Part shown: one piece after another, positions 10,533 to 19,189 of the stretch
How positions within the stretch are numbered: position 1 is the stretch's first letter
How the letters are laid out: every line of letters begins with the position of its first letter
Source: a virus
Lineage: Duplodnaviria; Caudoviricetes
IMG/VR virus record: IMGVR_UViG_3300021387_000147
Strand: one strand, 5' to 3'
DNA length: 64,000 nt
The notes under the pieces: generated by a model
Database searches by the model: none
Told to the model about the DNA's origin: nothing
What the model saw: the letters and a program-made list of their open reading frames with translations, nothing else
Position numbers and translations under genes: made by a program

Positions 10533-11911
10533 TAACGGTCTTTCGAAATAGTTTCAACGTCCTTCATAGTCATAGAGTACTTGCACCATTCAGGAACGGG
10601 GTCAGCATTCTTAGACTGAATAATGAAGATAGGCATTTTAATGTTAGGCTTTTCCCAGCAGAACTGGCAGTCAGTAATGTAAACAATGCCATCGTAATGA
10701 AGTCCTTCCTTCTGAATTTTGTCGATAACGCACTGAGGATTAGTGCATCCACGACCACTCAAATCGAACTTCGTAGTCTTATAACGCTTTTCAGCAATCG
10801 GACCACATGCACCATCCCAGAAGCAGTAATGAACCTTTGCATGCTTGACGAAGTCATTCACAACCATGCAAGCCTTTTCAACTTCAGAGTCAGGCATAGA
10901 ACCAGAGCAGTCAATAGCGATAAGCACTTCAGCTTTCTGTTCATGACGAGGACCAGGCATAACACCAATCCACTTCTGACCATAACGACGAGGGAATTTC
11001 ATACGAGAGAAACTCATCACATCGGAGAAGACAGAAGTCGTAAATCTGCGAAGAGCAATACGAGGGTCAACAACCTGAGCATTCGCAGCCAAAATCTGCT
11101 GAGCAAGTCCACCAGGAAGATTGGACCAAGTAGAAGTACTTGCTTTGTTTACAGCCTGAGAAACCTGCTGGTCGACGATTTCATTTTCGCCCCAGCCATC
11201 AGTTGCAGTAGAGCCAGACTGAGAGAAGTGCTTTTTAAGTGCATCTTCTTCAGAACCAAATCCATTACCATTTCCACCTTGATCATTGCCCTGGTCACCA
11301 CCAGCGCCACCAGCTCCACCGTTAGCACCACCAAACTGCTTCTGCATCTGCTGATTATACTGTTCACGATTTTTCATGAAAATGTTGAAAATCTTTTCCA
11401 AATACATATCTTTCTGAGGATCAAAGCCAGGCGGAATAATCTGAGCGAAGTCATCGATAGAGGGGAAGAGGTCGTTAAGACGAACAGCATTCTGTCCCTT
11501 CTTACGATTTCCAACAGAATTCAATTCATTCAGCATCTTAGTGACTGTCATCGGAGAGCACACGATATTGGAAGAATTCCAACAAACATCGTAAGGTGCC
11601 ATCTTACGGGAAGTCACATGATGGAGCAAGAGTCGAAGAATTTCGACACAAGTCAATACAGTCAAAGTAATCGGATGAATAGCCTGAACGAATTCCTCAG
11701 TATATTCAAGAATAGGAACAGTATCAGACTTTGTATTCAATCGAATAGTCACCTTATCATTCTTAATAGGCTTACGCTGCATCATAGCGTAAAACTGAAG
11801 GAATGACGGATAGTCAAGCGAAATACGGCGGCAACAGAGTTCGAACTTCTTATCAGCAGAAAGAGCATAAACGTCTTCAGCACCCGTAGCAGTAGTCATA
11901 TTGTTAATCAT
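10532..11911 (-). CDS. VWA-domain protein with N-terminal metallopeptidase-like domain (MoxR partner)
   Basis: MIDAS DCSGS, GRGCT, YITD; Gly-rich linker. Confidence 0.85.
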   Translation of the reverse strand: MINNMTTATGAEDVYALSADKKFELCCRRISLDYPSFLQFYAMMQRKPIKNDKVTIRLNTKSDTVPILEYTEEFVQAIHPITLTVLTCVEILRLLLHHVTSRKMAPYDVCWNSSNIVCSPMTVTKMLNELNSVGNRKKGQNAVRLNDLFPSIDDFAQIIPPGFDPQKDMYLEKIFNIFMKNREQYNQQMQKQFGGANGGAGGAGGDQGNDQGGNGNGFGSEEDALKKHFSQSGSTATDGWGENEIVDQQVSQAVNKASTSTWSNLPGGLAQQILAANAQVVDPRIALRRFTTSVFSDVMSFSRMKFPRRYGQKWIGVMPGPRHEQKAEVLIAIDCSGSMPDSEVEKACMVVNDFVKHAKVHYCFWDGACGPIAEKRYKTTKFDLSGRGCTNPQCVIDKIQKEGLHYDGIVYITDCQFCWEKPNIKMPIFIIQSKNADPVPEWCKYSMTMKDVETISKDR

Positions 11912-11943
11912 AATTTTTATTCCTCTTAAATTTTAACAAGTAA

Positions 11944-12000
11944 AATATAGCAAATCTTAACTATCTTGTCAACCCATAGTTTTGTAAAAAGATATTTACA
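11944..12000 (-). promoter_or_regulatory. early promoter with upstream box
   Basis: GGGTTGACA-17-TATATT; box at 11983-12000. Confidence 0.8.
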
Positions 12001-12031
12001 TAAAGTGCGCTTTTTGAGCGAATTTGCGCAC

Positions 12032-13147
12032 TTATGCAAAAATCTGCTTCGTTTCAATATCCACCGAGTCACTCAAATCTGCCAAAATTATGGCCTTTTT
12101 GAACAAATCGTTGGCAGTTTTCAACATAATTCTACGCCATTCTGCTCGCTGATCTTCAGTAGCATTCGCTCGAAGCGTGCCATCCGGACGGTTAATCGAA
12201 ATAGACAATTCCTGAGAATTATTAGGTGTGCGGAAATAGCGGAAGCCATTGAGAGAATAATGGAATGAATTATCACATGCAAGCGTTTCATCCCAAGTCA
12301 TATCCATCTTATTTTCGCCATTATGCTTAAATTTCACATAGCCATTCAAATTAGTCGAAGACCTGTAATTGCCAGTCTGATCACCAATTTCCTTTTTAAT
12401 GTTAATGCTCAATTTTGTTTCATAATATGCAGTCGGATGCTTCAAAAATTCACTACGATTTCCAAATTCTTCAATAGAGAAACGGTAGCCATGTTCATAC
12501 GCATCAGGTGCATAAGTAGCCAATTCTTCATTCAATTCATTCAGCAAATTCATTCGCTTCATTTCCATAAACTTCTTGAACTTGCTTTCTTCACGTTCAA
12601 TCTGTGCCTTAACGCCTTCATCATTGCTCAGCTTCTTAGTATCAGCATTGAATTCCTTTGTAAAAGAACGCTTAACACTAGTCAAAATATCTTTGAACTG
12701 ATATGTGCGAACCCACTTGTCGTAGAAACAATAATGATTATAGTCCTTCTGAGAAGTCCAATTTCCTTTTCGATAAAGGCCATTAGACAAATTTTCAGGC
12801 TTCTTAGGCGCATAGAATTCATCGCTATCATCGCCAAGTTCACGAGTGACTACCAGCTTACCCGGAGTGCCATTGAAATAGGCCTCACGAATAATCATAT
12901 TTCCAGTTTCATCTGTAGTTGGATCAAAAGAAATACGAATGTCGATTTTACCCTTGAAAAAGCCAGAAGGACGATTTCTCTGCTTTGCACGTGCAGAGTC
13001 ATACGTAGGAATCAAATCTTCCTTTGTCAGAAGATAATTCTTGTAAGTCTTACCCTTACGGGAGACTTCATCCTTTTCGTATACAACCGTATCAAACTGG
13101 TTGCGGAACATAGTAAGTACTCTTTCTTCGTATTCTTTTGCGTCCAT
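12032..13147 (-). CDS. hypothetical early protein
   Basis: long ORF, probable start MDAKEY after GAGG. Confidence 0.7.
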   Translation of the reverse strand: MDAKEYEERVLTMFRNQFDTVVYEKDEVSRKGKTYKNYLLTKEDLIPTYDSARAKQRNRPSGFFKGKIDIRISFDPTTDETGNMIIREAYFNGTPGKLVVTRELGDDSDEFYAPKKPENLSNGLYRKGNWTSQKDYNHYCFYDKWVRTYQFKDILTSVKRSFTKEFNADTKKLSNDEGVKAQIEREESKFKKFMEMKRMNLLNELNEELATYAPDAYEHGYRFSIEEFGNRSEFLKHPTAYYETKLSINIKKEIGDQTGNYRSSTNLNGYVKFKHNGENKMDMTWDETLACDNSFHYSLNGFRYFRTPNNSQELSISINRPDGTLRANATEDQRAEWRRIMLKTANDLFKKAIILADLSDSVDIETKQIFA

Positions 13148-13174
13148 ATTTAACCTCTTTTTTTTACATTCCAA

Positions 13175-13231
13175 AATATAAGAAAAAACAGGATTATCGT
13201 CAACCCTGTTTATTGTAAAAAGATTTTTACA
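13175..13231 (-). promoter_or_regulatory. early promoter with upstream box
   Basis: GGGTTGACG-17-TATATT; box at 13214-13231. Confidence 0.75.
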
Positions 13232-13269
13232 TATCTGTCATAAAATGTCATTATATTGTAAACTTTTGT

Positions 13270-14154
13270 TTACGATTTGGAATCATATACTTTTTTCATT
13301 TGTTTGTAAGAATTCAAATTTTGTGGGCATCCTTGTCCACCGCCTGATTTCACTAAAGTGCACAAATCATATTGTGTCACTAATACAAAGTAATTTTCAA
13401 GCCATTCTATAACCTTTTCAAGATTATCAAAATCGAATTCGTAAGTATGAATTCCATCACCAGCATATACGTGCCAATAATAAAAATCATATTTCTTTAT
13501 ATAACATTGTGATATACTTGCTGTTGATGAATTAGGTCTATATCCATTTTCATTATTATAATTCTTTCTAAGACAATAATAAGCTAAATCACGTGGATAA
13601 TTAGGTGGTTCAACTGTAAATCCATATTTTTCACTAAATGATTGTATTATATCATCATTAGATAGATTACCGATTTTATTTTTCATTAAACGTTTCTTTT
13701 CAGCATCCATCTTTTCTTTACTTCTCTTATATGGAAGTTCAAATGTTTTAGTTAACTTCTCAATAAGTTTAGCAATAGTGCATGTGCAATTATATAATTT
13801 AATGGTATGTGCTCTCCATGTATTCACATCATCTTTACTATTACTTTCAATTATATCGATTAGTTTATAACATTTTTCATCTGGATCATTCTGTTCATAT
13901 TCTGATTTACCATTTAAGATTTGACCAAAAACTAAACAAACATTCCATTGATCATACTTATCAACACGAGTCAAAACATTAGTATATCTTAGAATAAACT
14001 TTTGTTTGTTATTCTGCACATACTGTCTATAATTATAAAAATTGTTTTCAAATACATATCCACTATATTCTTTGGAATGACCTGGAGTTGCATTGATTTC
14101 ATTTAAACTTGCTACGCATTCTGTTATCATAACCTTTCCTAAATGTTTTAACAT
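13270..14154 (-). CDS. hypothetical protein
   Basis: 294-aa ORF. Confidence 0.65.
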   Translation of the reverse strand: MLKHLGKVMITECVASLNEINATPGHSKEYSGYVFENNFYNYRQYVQNNKQKFILRYTNVLTRVDKYDQWNVCLVFGQILNGKSEYEQNDPDEKCYKLIDIIESNSKDDVNTWRAHTIKLYNCTCTIAKLIEKLTKTFELPYKRSKEKMDAEKKRLMKNKIGNLSNDDIIQSFSEKYGFTVEPPNYPRDLAYYCLRKNYNNENGYRPNSSTASISQCYIKKYDFYYWHVYAGDGIHTYEFDFDNLEKVIEWLENYFVLVTQYDLCTLVKSGGGQGCPQNLNSYKQMKKVYDSKS

Positions 14155-14167
14155 ATAGTTTAAATAT

Positions 14168-14196
14168 AAAAAAAGAGAGGTTTTTGTAAACCTCTC
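14168..14196 (-). terminator. terminator of the tRNA/ncRNA array (overlaps a TTTACA -35 box)
   Basis: GAGAGGTTT-ACAA-AAACCTCTC followed by T7 on minus strand. Confidence 0.7.
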
Positions 14197-14453
14197 AGAA
14201 TGTTATTCATTCTATTTAATTTGGTGAGCAACCAAAAAATCATGATACCGTCATCCAGAGGTATAACAACAGGCTATACATGGACCGATGAGCCAATCCC
14301 TAATACATCGCTTGGGTTGCTAATCATCTTTGCCTAAGTTCATCAAGTTTCTTAAAACTTGCAAATCAATTATTCTTCGGAGATGAATAACAGACTCATT
14401 GTTCGTTTATCAGTCATCAATATAAGCATATTATTGCTGTCAGTATCATTATA

Positions 14454-14526
14454 GGCCGATTATCCAGATTTGAACTGGATCCACTTCAGTCACAGTGAAG
14501 GATGCTACCCTTACACCATAATCAGC
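14454..14526 (-). tRNA. trnH: tRNA-His(GTG)
   Basis: cloverleaf; CTTCA-CTGTGAC-TGAAG; C73. Confidence 0.85.
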
Positions 14527-14537
14527 ATAAAATTCAA

Positions 14538-14665
14538 CAAGATACAGGTTTTTTACGTCTCTTAAACGCTTTAACCGTAGTTAACTTGTAGGATTTGAAC
14601 CTACTAACATTGCTTTTCAATTAATGTATTTACCGTTTGATTGAGTTGCTGTTTAACTGTATCTT
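14538..14665 (-). ncRNA. CAGCAA-wrapper RNA copy A (T-arm cargo)
   Basis: AAGATACAG..CAGCAA ... GTAGG-TTCAAAT-CCTAC ... CTGTATCTTG. Confidence 0.7.
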
Positions 14666-14673
14666 AAACTTTG

Positions 14674-14780
14674 CAAGATTCTGTTTTTCGTGACCTCTTG
14701 AACTTAATCAAGCGCTCTCAAATCTGAGCTACAGTTCCAATAATTGGCGGAATAGACAAATGAATTGCTGTCAGAATCTT
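14674..14780 (-). ncRNA. CAGCAA-wrapper RNA copy B (D arm + anticodon-arm cargo)
   Basis: AAGATTCTGACAGCAA ... TAGCTCAGATTTGAGAGC CTTGA-TTAAGT-TCAAG ... CAGAATCTTG. Confidence 0.7.
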
Positions 14781-14784
14781 TTAG

Positions 14785-14856
14785 CAGGAGTACTAGGATT
14801 CGAACCCAGACCGTGCAGTTTTGGAGACTCACATGCTGCCATAACACTTTACTCCT
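14785..14856 (-). tRNA. trnW: tRNA-Trp(CCA)
   Basis: cloverleaf; loop CTCCAAA. Confidence 0.85.
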
Positions 14857-15087
14857 AAATTGATTATATGATTTTGCCTTCTCTAACTATAGTATAATCG
14901 CTACGAATCTCATTTTTCTGCGCATATCAGAGATTATAGACTTTTGCACATCGACTTTTTTAGCTCACGATGATTGCATGAAGATCAAATGCTTCCGAAC
15001 CGTCAACTGTTTTAACTAGCCATAAACTATCAGGCCTCAGCCATGGGGAGTATCGCAGTCCCTTTCTTTTGACGAAGAAGCGGTTAG

Positions 15088-15158
15088 TTGCCGATACTCG
15101 GGTCGAACGAATACTAAGGGCTTCAGAGACCCCTGTGCTACCGCTACACCAATCGGCA
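15088..15158 (-). tRNA. trnQ: tRNA-Gln(CTG)
   Basis: GGGGT-CTCTGAA-GCCCT. Confidence 0.85.
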
Positions 15159-15162
15159 ATAA

Positions 15163-15294
15163 CAAGATATGTTTTTTGCTTTTTACGTGCTCTACCAATT
15201 GAGCTACAAATGAGGAACTTCCTCACTCGATGGGATTCGAACCCATAACACCGGTCTTAACAGGACATTGCGTTAGAGTTGCTGCACATATCTT
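15163..15294 (-). ncRNA. CAGCAA-wrapper RNA copy C (permuted tRNA mimic, GTT anticodon loop)
   Basis: order: GTC-CTGTTAA-GAC, T arm ATGGG-TTCGAAT-CCCAT, loop-closed acceptor hairpin, D arm TAGCTCAATTGGTAGAGC. Confidence 0.8.
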
Positions 15295-15308
15295 TAAACG
15301 CTACCTTA

Positions 15309-15427
15309 CTAGATGTTTTTACTGCTTCGGAACTTGGACTCGAACCAAGAATCTTCTCTTTAAATAAGAGGTGCTTTAACCTATTAAGCTATTCTGAAAA
15401 AAGTATTTCAGTTGCTGTTAACATCTA
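15309..15427 (-). ncRNA. CAGCAA-wrapper RNA copy D (complete tRNA-Lys-like cargo)
   Basis: TAGATGTTAACAGCAA ... normal-order cloverleaf, loop TATTTAA ... AACATCTAG. Confidence 0.75.
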
Positions 15428-15438
15428 AAAGATTTTAG

Positions 15439-15511
15439 AGCCCCATGTCAGGATCGAACTGACGACTACAGTTTGGAAGACTATCATGTTAAGCCACTAC
15501 ACTAATGGGAC
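15439..15511 (-). tRNA. trnG: tRNA-Gly(TCC)
   Basis: ATAGT-CTTCCAA-ACTGT; U73. Confidence 0.85.
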
Positions 15512-15518
15512 TTAGTAG

Positions 15519-15589
15519 ATCCCCGTGCGGGAATTGAACCCGCGCCTCAACCTTGGCAAGGTCGCTTGCTACCACTACAACAACGGGAA
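15519..15589 (-). tRNA. trnG: tRNA-Gly(GCC)
   Basis: CGACC-TTGCCAA-GGTTG. Confidence 0.85.
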
Positions 15590-15872
15590 TTAAAAAAATA
15601 TCTCTTACGGTGATTTAACGTTATCCTTACTCCCATAAGGAACAATCAAGAGATTTTGATTGGAATGTTCTCCCTAGCATCGAACATACAAGCTAACTAT
15701 CTTCACATGACTTATATCTTTCATCACTACAGGATAGCGTTTTTCCGATTTGCAACTGACCATCAATCAGTCATTTGCCATGTAGCATATAAATCAACTA
15801 CGTCGCTTCTAGTAATCAACTTATAAACACTTTATCGGGAAGATATTATATTTATAACTTTAAAATTTTTAG

Positions 15873-15960
15873 AGGAGGTGGTAGGATTCGAACCTACGGA
15901 GGGCTCATCACCCTCAACGGTTTTCAAGACCGTCACCATAATCCACTCGGTCACACCTCC
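15873..15960 (-). tRNA. trnS: tRNA-Ser(TGA)
   Basis: ACGGT-CTTGAAA-ACCGT, long variable arm. Confidence 0.9.
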
Positions 15961-15964
15961 ATAA

Positions 15965-16084
15965 CAAGATACGTTTTTCTTTGTAGCCTTATCCTACTAT
16001 TAGATGACGCCAACTACGTTGACGGTCGGACTTGCACCGACATACAGGCTTGGGGTCAAGAATATCAATTGCTGAATGTATCTT
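15965..16084 (-). ncRNA. CAGCAA-wrapper RNA copy E (YrlA-like permuted tRNA mimic)
   Basis: AGCCT / GTCGG-TGCAAGT-CCGAC / CGTCAAC-GTA-GTTGGCG / D arm / AGGCT. Confidence 0.8.
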
Positions 16085-16092
16085 AAAATTTA

Positions 16093-16222
16093 AGACCAAC
16101 GGTGGACTCGAACCACACCGGTATAGCAGTTGCGACAGCTACCCATTTAACTAGTGAAACACCACGTTTCTCGACTTCATATAAATTCGCAACTTTCTAG
16201 GAAGTCTATCACTACGCTGGCC
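16093..16222 (-). ncRNA. tRNA-ended structured RNA with kissing loops
   Basis: GGCCAGCG/CGTTGGTC stem, GTGG-TTCGAGT-CCAC T arm, complementary loops AGTTGCGA and TCGCAACT. Confidence 0.7.
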
Positions 16223-16236
16223 AAATATATTTATAG

Positions 16237-16310
16237 TGCTCCATACTGGGGTCGAACCAGTGTCAAAACCTTCGTAGGGTCTTATGCTTATTCCATTACA
16301 CCAACGGAGC
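16237..16310 (-). tRNA. trnR: tRNA-Arg(ACG)
   Basis: AGACC-CTACGAA-GGTTT. Confidence 0.85.
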
Positions 16311-16388
16311 AAACTGACAGTTTAGAATCATGTGATCATCTTATCGTGAACTGTCACTACGACCTAATGCCAATTAGGATTTTTATAG

Positions 16389-16472
16389 TGGCCAGGGAGG
16401 GATTCGAACCCTCACGCCCTTTCGGGCCAATGCTTCTAAGGCACTGTTGTCTACCAGTTTCAGCACCTGGCC
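16389..16472 (-). tRNA. trnL: tRNA-Leu(TAG)
   Basis: AGTGC-CTTAGAA-GCATT, long variable arm. Confidence 0.9.
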
Positions 16473-16480
16473 ATAATCTA

Positions 16481-16563
16481 CGGAGAGTGCAGGACTCGAA
16501 CCTACAAGGCCCGAGGGCCGGCACATTAGTAGTGTGCTGCCTTACCAATTAGGCTAACTCTCC
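16481..16563 (-). tRNA. trnS: tRNA-Ser(ACT)
   Basis: GGAGAGT acceptor, GCACA-CTACTAA-TGTGC, long variable arm, G73. Confidence 0.8.
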
Positions 16564-16578
16564 ACAAAGAGAAATTAT

Positions 16579-16712
16579 CAAGATACGTTTTCGCATCGAT
16601 CGCGTCTACCAATTTCGCCATTTCCCGATGTACCGGGAAAGATGGATTCGAACCACCACATCACTTAAGATAATCGTTTTCATAGCATTAAGTATATTGC
16701 TGTATGTATCTT
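16579..16712 (-). ncRNA. CAGCAA-wrapper RNA copy F (permuted Leu-type tRNA mimic)
   Basis: variable arm, GGTGG-TTCGAAT-CCATC, TTTCCCG-GTACAT-CGGGAAA, D arm TGGCGAAATTGGTAGACGC. Confidence 0.8.
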
Positions 16713-16840
16713 AAACACTCACCGGATTCCCGATTCTCCACCGGTCAAGATGTCTATCAACTGCCCATTCTATCGGTCGACTTCTTATAGGGTACAAACT
16801 CCATCTTGGTCATTTTATTGATCGTCTATGACTTTCTTAG

Positions 16841-16924
16841 AGCTGAGAGAGGGACTCGAACCCACGAAGAGTTTCCTCCACAGTTTTGCAGACTGTGTCC
16901 TTTGCCGCTCGGATTCACCTCAGC
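16841..16924 (-). tRNA. trnC: tRNA-Cys(GCA) with long variable arm
   Basis: ACAGT-CTGCAAA-ACTGT, GAG-GAAA-CTC extra arm, U73. Confidence 0.8.
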
Positions 16925-17006
16925 ATATAAATGAAGATTTATATTGAATAATTTAATGAGTTAAACTCTGGCGACGTACCTCCAACTCAATATAAATCTT
17001 GTTTAA

Positions 17007-17076
17007 TAACGGGGGTAGGTAACGCTCCTACGGAGGCAGGCTTATGAGACCCGCTGGAATACTTATTCGCCCCGCT
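17007..17076 (-). tRNA. atypical tRNA with CAT anticodon
   Basis: CGGGT-CTCATAA-GCCTG; shrunken D arm; T loop AGCGTTA. Confidence 0.55.
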
Positions 17077-17170
17077 CGTCTTTATATTTATAACAAACAC
17101 GTCCTCTGTTTTAAGTTTTTAACTATTACGCACAGAGTCAGAAGCGCAACAGCAATTGAATGCTGAATAG

Positions 17171-17245
17171 TCCCGGAGATAGGATTTGAACCTATGACGC
17201 ACAGATTATGATTCTGTCGCTCTGACCAAACTGAGCTACACCGGA
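17171..17245 (-). tRNA. tRNA-Met/Ile2(CAT)
   Basis: ACAGA-ATCATAA-TCTGT. Confidence 0.8.
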
Positions 17246-17259
17246 ATAATCTGTTTTAG

Positions 17260-17333
17260 TGCCTCCCCTGCGTGCCGCCCGCAGCTTCTCGGATTTTCAG
17301 TCCGGTCCAATCACTGGATTTGGATTGAGAGGC
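17260..17333 (-). tRNA. trnF: atypical tRNA-Phe(GAA)
   Basis: CGGA-CTGAAAA-TCCG; T loop GGCGGCA. Confidence 0.65.
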
Positions 17334-17383
17334 AAACTAGATTTTCTTTTGATTAGTGGAGAAAATTGTAAAGAACCAATTCG

Positions 17384-17456
17384 TGGACCCGAAGGGAATC
17401 GAACCCTTCACACTCGGCTTGCAAAGCCAAATCGCCTCCTTGGATCATGCGAGCCC
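17384..17456 (-). tRNA. trnA: tRNA-Ala(TGC)
   Basis: TTGGC-TTTGCAA-GCCGA; G3:U70. Confidence 0.8.
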
Positions 17457-17461
17457 ATAAA

Positions 17462-17523
17462 CTAGATACTTTTAGCGTTCAATTATAACCAATAATGTGC
17501 TAATAAGTTGCTGTATGTATCTA
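17462..17523 (-). ncRNA. CAGCAA-wrapper RNA copy G (minimal hairpin cargo)
   Basis: TAGATACATACAGCAA ... ATTA-TTGGTTA-TAAT ... GTATCTAG. Confidence 0.7.
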
Positions 17524-17536
17524 AAACTTTTAGTAG

Positions 17537-17614
17537 TCCAGCAGGTTGGACTCGAACCAACACATACCACTGTATCAGAGTGGCTGACAGATACCAATCG
17601 TCTATTGCCGCTGG
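17537..17614 (-). tRNA. trnI: tRNA-Ile(GAT), enlarged D region
   Basis: CCACT-CTGATAC-AGTGG. Confidence 0.75.
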
Positions 17615-17622
17615 ATAAAGTA

Positions 17623-17655
17623 GACGTATAATAATGTGATCAGCATTATATACGT
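17623..17655. repeat. perfect 13-bp hairpin
   Basis: GACGTATATAATG-7nt-CATTATATACGTC. Confidence 0.7.
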
Positions 17656-17922
17656 CAATGATCTATTTTACTATTTTTACTTAAACCCTGTAAGTCAACA
17701 GCCAAAAATAGTTAAGGCGGGAACCAGTTTTTTTAACGACACGAAAACTTCTTCTCATAAAAACAAACGTCCATAATATACATTAGTTTAGACTCATCAT
17801 CCTTAATATGGAATTAGTAGCATCGGAGTGTGTCCCATTTTTATCGGAAAAACTTGAACCATCAAAACGACTAGCATGCATGTTATAGAGTCCTCGCATA
17901 GCAGAGCTATCTCTTTGGGTAG

Positions 17923-17997
17923 TTCTCGGAGAAGGATTCGAACCTTCGACTTCCAACTTGTAAGGATGGCACTCTGAACCAACTGAGTTACCCGAGA
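17923..17997 (-). tRNA. trnV: tRNA-Val(TAC)
   Basis: loop CTTACAA, canonical D and T arms. Confidence 0.85.
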
Positions 17998-18007
17998 ATA
18001 AATTTAT

Positions 18008-18077
18008 CAAGATACATCTTTTATTCTGGAATCATTTTGTGTGATAGAAATAAAATTTGAGTTGCTGTGTGTATCTT
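18008..18077 (-). ncRNA. CAGCAA-wrapper RNA copy H (minimal)
   Basis: AAGATACACACAGCAA ... ATCA-CACAAAA-TGAT ... TGTATCTTG. Confidence 0.7.
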
Positions 18078-18085
18078 ATCTTTAG

Positions 18086-18158
18086 TACCCCTCCCGGGAT
18101 TCGAACCCGGATTATCGCATAGAAAGTGCGATGACCTAAACCGTTAGTCGAAAGGGGC
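18086..18158 (-). tRNA. trnE: tRNA-Glu(TTC)
   Basis: TCGCA-CTTTCTA-TGCGA. Confidence 0.85.
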
Positions 18159-18407
18159 AAAATTATCCATTGCTTCACGTCTGCCAATCTCTGTTATTGA
18201 AGCTCTTTGTTAAGGTGCCTTTCCACTGTCCTACCGAACTATGCAGTAGCGCTTTCAGCAAATTATTCTCGTCAGAAACTTAACTTCCCGGACTTAAATC
18301 TAAAATTACTTAATCGATGTTTTCATTTTAAATTCAATGGATAGTAAATGCGCAGGAAAATGACCGACCATGACCTTTCCGGAATATCACTATTGTATCA
18401 TTCTCCA

Positions 18408-18518
18408 ACAAATCATATATTCTTGTCGGGATATGAATGGACTCGAACCATCGACCTTTCTCTACTGAACGCTCTAACCAACTGAGCTACACACCCCTTA
18501 GTCCAATATATGATTTGT
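18408..18518 (-). ncRNA. tRNA body with truncated anticodon arm inside a 14-bp duplex
   Basis: ACAAATCATATATT/AATATATGATTTGT flanking intact D and T arms; anticodon arm reduced to TTC-AGTAGA-GAA. Confidence 0.7.
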
Positions 18519-18524
18519 AATTAG

Positions 18525-18598
18525 CGACACCGGAGGGATTCGAACCCTCGAAAGCCGGTTAGACAGACCGGTGGAATAGACCACTATCCGACGGTGCC
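18525..18598 (-). tRNA. trnD: tRNA-Asp(GTC)
   Basis: CCGGT-CTGTCTA-ACCGG; G73. Confidence 0.85.
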
Positions 18599-18739
18599 AT
18601 AAAAGAAATTAGTTATTGTAGACTACCTGAATTCATCCTATATGATAGCATTACTACAAATTAAAGAGCATTGAATAAGTACCGCGTCCTTAACATTAAG
18701 CGCCCTTGTCCGGCGGATGCGCTGCTCACCTAATTTTAG

Positions 18740-18815
18740 TAGCGGGTCTGGGAGTCGGACCCAGTATTGCGAAGCTTATGAGGCTTGCGTGATAAATCCG
18801 TTTCACTCACCCGCG
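18740..18815 (-). tRNA. trnM: tRNA-Met(CAT), initiator-like
   Basis: C1xU72 mismatch, CGCGGG acceptor, loop CTCATAA; lacks three G-C anticodon pairs. Confidence 0.7.
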
Positions 18816-18826
18816 ATAAAAGCATT

Positions 18827-18948
18827 TAATTCATTGGAAACCCCTTGTTTCTACTTGGCTGTAGGTATATTGAACTTTAACAAACAAAATTTATAAAGCT
18901 ATACCTACCGCCGGGATTTGAACCCAATTTTACGATAACAATGAATTA
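18827..18948 (-). ncRNA. T-arm-containing structured RNA
   Basis: TAATTCATTG/CAATGAATTA closing stem, GGG-TTCAAAT-CCC, GTAGGTATA/TATACCTAC stem. Confidence 0.6.
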
Positions 18949-18952
18949 TTAG

Positions 18953-19025
18953 CGCTGGAGGAGGGATCCGAACCCCCGACCGGTGCATTACAGGTGCACT
19001 GCTCTACCAACTGAGCTACTCCAGC
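18953..19025 (-). tRNA. trnT: tRNA-Thr(TGT)
   Basis: GTGCA-CCTGTAA-TGCAC. Confidence 0.8.
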
Positions 19026-19109
19026 TAAATGACCTCTTTGATACAGTCTAGAGTCGAGGTCAGTCCTCTAGTAAAGACCTAGTTTGTTTTGGCTCTAGGT
19101 CACCATTCG

Positions 19110-19182
19110 CTGTCCTTCCTGGACTCGAACCAGAGACTACTCGATTAACAGTCGAGTGTTCTACCAACTGAACTAAAGGACA
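19110..19182 (-). tRNA. trnN: tRNA-Asn(GTT)
   Basis: CTCGA-CTGTTAA-TCGAG. Confidence 0.9.
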
Positions 19183-19189
19183 ATAATAG

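Noticed and set aside
2132-13153. Long plus-strand ORFs such as 2185-3177, 7691-8404, 10469-11806, 12323-13153
   Set aside because: Antisense shadows of codon-biased minus-strand genes.
16093-16222. tmRNA
   Set aside because: Only about 130 nt, no G3:U70 pair, no tag reading frame.
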